A DNA stretch of 64,000 nt from Malacoraja senta (taxonomy: Eukaryota), in the NCBI GenBank assembly GCA_038087875.1, contig JAXLNO010000645.1:248001-312000 (forward strand). The letters run 5' to 3'. Position numbers and translations under genes: made by a program. This document shows, in pieces, positions 61,187-64,000 of the stretch (position 1 is the stretch's first letter; every line of letters starts with the position of its first letter). Under the pieces are notes generated by a model, which was not told where the DNA came from, searched no databases, and saw only the letters and a list, made by a program, of their open reading frames with translations.

Positions 61187-62171
61187 CAATATGCAGGGTA
61201 ATAATTCAGTTACTTACAGAGCAGAGTAATCCCTTTGACAACACAATGAAGTGGGAGAATGCCAAGAGTCCTGTGATCCATAGTGAAATGCTTGTTACCA
61301 TTTTGGTACAGCGTATTTTATACATGCCATTTGATATAACGAAAGATAACATGGCATATTGAAGACTTGTAACCCAAAGAGCCAAAGGCATTTCAGTGAG
61401 AATTTGTAGTGAGCTTTCATACATCAAGGAATTAGTATATATTTTAAAATGTTTTGTATAATTTATTTTTGAATGCTTCTAAATGTCAGGGAAATCAAAA
61501 TCTTTCCATGTCCTTGACAACAAGAAAATCTGGAGCGATGTCTTGCTAGTTATCACATATTAGGGCAGCACAGCGGTAAAGCTGCTGTCTTACAGCGTCA
61601 AAGACCTGGGTTCAACACTGACTACAGGTGCCGTCTGTAGAAGTTTGTATGTTCTCCCCGTGGCTGTGTGGGTTTTCTCCGGGTGTTCTGGTTCCCTCCC
61701 ACATTCCAAAGACATACAGGTTTCTAGGTTAATTGGCTTCGGTAAAAATTGTAAATTGTCCCTAGTGTGTAGGATAGTGCTAGTGTAAGGAGTTAAATGC
61801 TGGTCGGCGCTAAGTCAGTGGACTGAAGGACCTGTTTCCGCACTGTATCTCAAGTCTAAATCAGAGTTTTATTTTATCTGATTTGTGAGTAGGGTTGTTA
61901 AGACCTGCCCACGATGCATGCTGCCACTCTGGGTCCTGTCTTTTCAGATACATAGCTTGTTTCCCTGCAAGTTGGGGACAGGGATTCATAGCTCAGAGAG
62001 AAGACTAGCAGCCTACAAGTTTCAGTTCTGTATCTTTAGTTGCCGATGTAAAATTGATAGTCTTTCACTGACTGGATAGCAGGCAACAAAATAACATTTC
62101 ATCGTACCTCGGCACAAATGATAATAAACTAAATTAAAGTAAATACGGCTTTGGGAAGATTACGGGACTAT

Positions 62172-62470
62172 CCCAACTAACACAACATAATACTAGCCCA
62201 ACTAACACAACATATACTAGCCCAACCAACACAACATAATACTAGCCCAACTAACACAACATAATACTAGCCCAACTAACACAACATAATACTAGCCTAA
62301 CTAACACAACATAATACAAGCACAACTAACACAAAATAATACTAGCCCAACTAACACAACATAATACTAGCCCAACTAACACAACATAATACTAGCCCAA
62401 CTAACACAACATAATACTAGCCCAACTAACACAACATAATACTAGCCCAACTAACACAACCAAATACTAA
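62172..62470. repeat. 25-bp tandem repeat x~12 (ACTAGCCCAACTAACACAACATAAT)
   Basis: Directly visible head-to-tail copies without spacers. Confidence 0.95.
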
Positions 62471-62911
62471 GTAAATAATGTGAAGAAAACTCAATAACAT
62501 ATTCATTTAATAAGGGTTCAACATGGAAACTGGCCCTTCGCCTACCGAGTCCACACCGACCATTGATCACCCGTTCACATTTGCCGTCCCACTTTTGCAT
62601 TCACTCTACCAGCTGCCCTCAAAGGGATTTGAGAAAACAAAATCACTGGACCATCTCCTGAAATTATTTGAAGGCAGGCACGGGTTATTCATTGGGAACG
62701 ATCAGCCATGATCACAATGAATGGCGGTGCTGGCTCGAAGGGCCGAAAGGCCTCCTCCTGCACCTATTTTCTATGTTTCTATTAAAGGATTAGAATGGTT
62801 AAAAGTGAATGTGAAAAATCCTCCACTTTAACTTTGTTTCCCTTTGCAGAGTCACTACTGTTTTCTAGCATATTCTGTTTTAATTGCAAAAAATTATCCT
62901 ACGTCCCCCAG

Positions 62912-63063
62912 AATCACCTGAAGGACATCCGAACGGCAGTGATATCCAGGAGAGGATCATACCGTTTACGTGACGGCCATTTTAAATATGCGTTTGGAAG
63001 TAGCATCAATCACCAGCCATATTTAAAGAACAGCATTATTGCTTACAACAACATTATTGACTG
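62912..63063 (+). CDS. TADA1: TADA1 exon 6 (152 bp, open); later exons not in the window
   Basis: cccccag/[56 protein letters not shown] versus human [50 protein letters not shown]. Confidence 0.93.
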
Positions 63064-64000
63064 GTAAGGAATATATCAAATGTATATTGACATGTTAATT
63101 TGTTGAAGAAAATATTATGGAAACAAAAAAGAAACTTAAAATGTATTTGTGAGAGAAATCCATAATTTATTTGTTGAAGAAAATATAGATAGGGAAGTGA
63201 AAGGTTAACATGTATTTGTGAGAGAAAGCCATAAAAGTTCACAAATAATGGTTTGTCATTGCTCTTAATCTCTGCAGTTATTTTAATCTTGTCATGTAAT
63301 AATTGTTTTCCCCTCAGTTCATCTAAATTCTTGCTGACTCCTCCAGCCAGCTGTGTTGTAGTATAAGGCATAGGTTTGGAATGTATATCTTTCATTCAGT
63401 CACTTTGTGTTTTGCTCGCAGCTTCAGAACCAATTAGACTTTGCGGTGACCTTTTTAAATTCAGGGGTTGAAATCGAGCTCTGGATTACTTGAGTTCCAC
63501 GTTCAGGAAGCCAGTGATTCATCGGAGGAGTTGAAAGGCCACTCACAAAAATTTTGGGGTTTCTGGCGAATGACATTTCTATTGAATGACAATAAAGTTC
63601 CCAAGATTCCAAGATTATACACTTTGCTACATATGGTGTTGCATCACTGTACTTACTTTGCCATCTTCAACTCTGGTCTCATGGAATGACAGAGCTGTCT
63701 TTTGAGGAAAGATTTAGTGAATTGGACTTATTTTTGCTGCAGTTTAAATGAGTGAGATCTTTAATTTAGTTTAAAGATACAGTGTGGAAGCAGACCCTTC
63801 AGCTCATGGTCAGCACAGACCAATAATCACCCGTCCACCAATCCTGTTATCCCAGTTTCCCATCCTACACATGGTAATATTGGGCATTTTGGGTGCCTGA
63901 CAAAACCAAGGATTTCTGCTTTTGTAAAGCCTGCTTGACATCTTATGCAAAAGCTGCAAAGACCACAAGGATCATGGGTCCAGAGTGTCTGTGGCCAAGC

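Noticed and set aside
62172..62470. 25-bp repeat array as a possible CRISPR
   Set aside because: Head-to-tail copies with no unique spacers, no cas genes, and a vertebrate intron context.

Overview
Repeat-dense vertebrate DNA, most likely from a cartilaginous fish (skate/ray-like). This is inferred from abundant HE1/V-SINE-type tRNA SINEs, CR1-type LINE 3' fragments and Penelope-derived repeats. A 200-N scaffold gap at 27750-27949 splits the window, so adjacency across it is unproven. I found no intact complete gene. The window is a mosaic of intron-containing, partly disabled gene fragments: a PRDM9-like zinc-knuckle/PR-SET exon (-), four N-terminal SUN2-like exons (-), degenerate C2H2 zinc-finger arrays (-), two CD22/Siglec-like Ig C2 exons (+), and TADA1 exons 2-6 (+). 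The TADA1 exons carry a -1 and a +1 frameshift that compensate each other with no stop in between. Mobile elements include a full-length DIRS1-type tyrosine-recombinase retrotransposon (6989-11843) with near-perfect ends but decayed ORFs, plus Penelope, Rex1/Babar, L2, RTE-X-like, two Gypsy remnants, an Academ-like remnant and two Helitron-like 3' termini. Notable non-coding structure: a 54-bp tandem array of co-oriented CTCF-like cores, a cluster of five YY1-type motifs at a CpG island, a compact CRE/CCAAT/E-box/ZNF143 module, and many hammerhead-ribozyme-like cores in Penelope-derived repeats. Protein identifications rest on my recall of the human orthologues, not on database searches.
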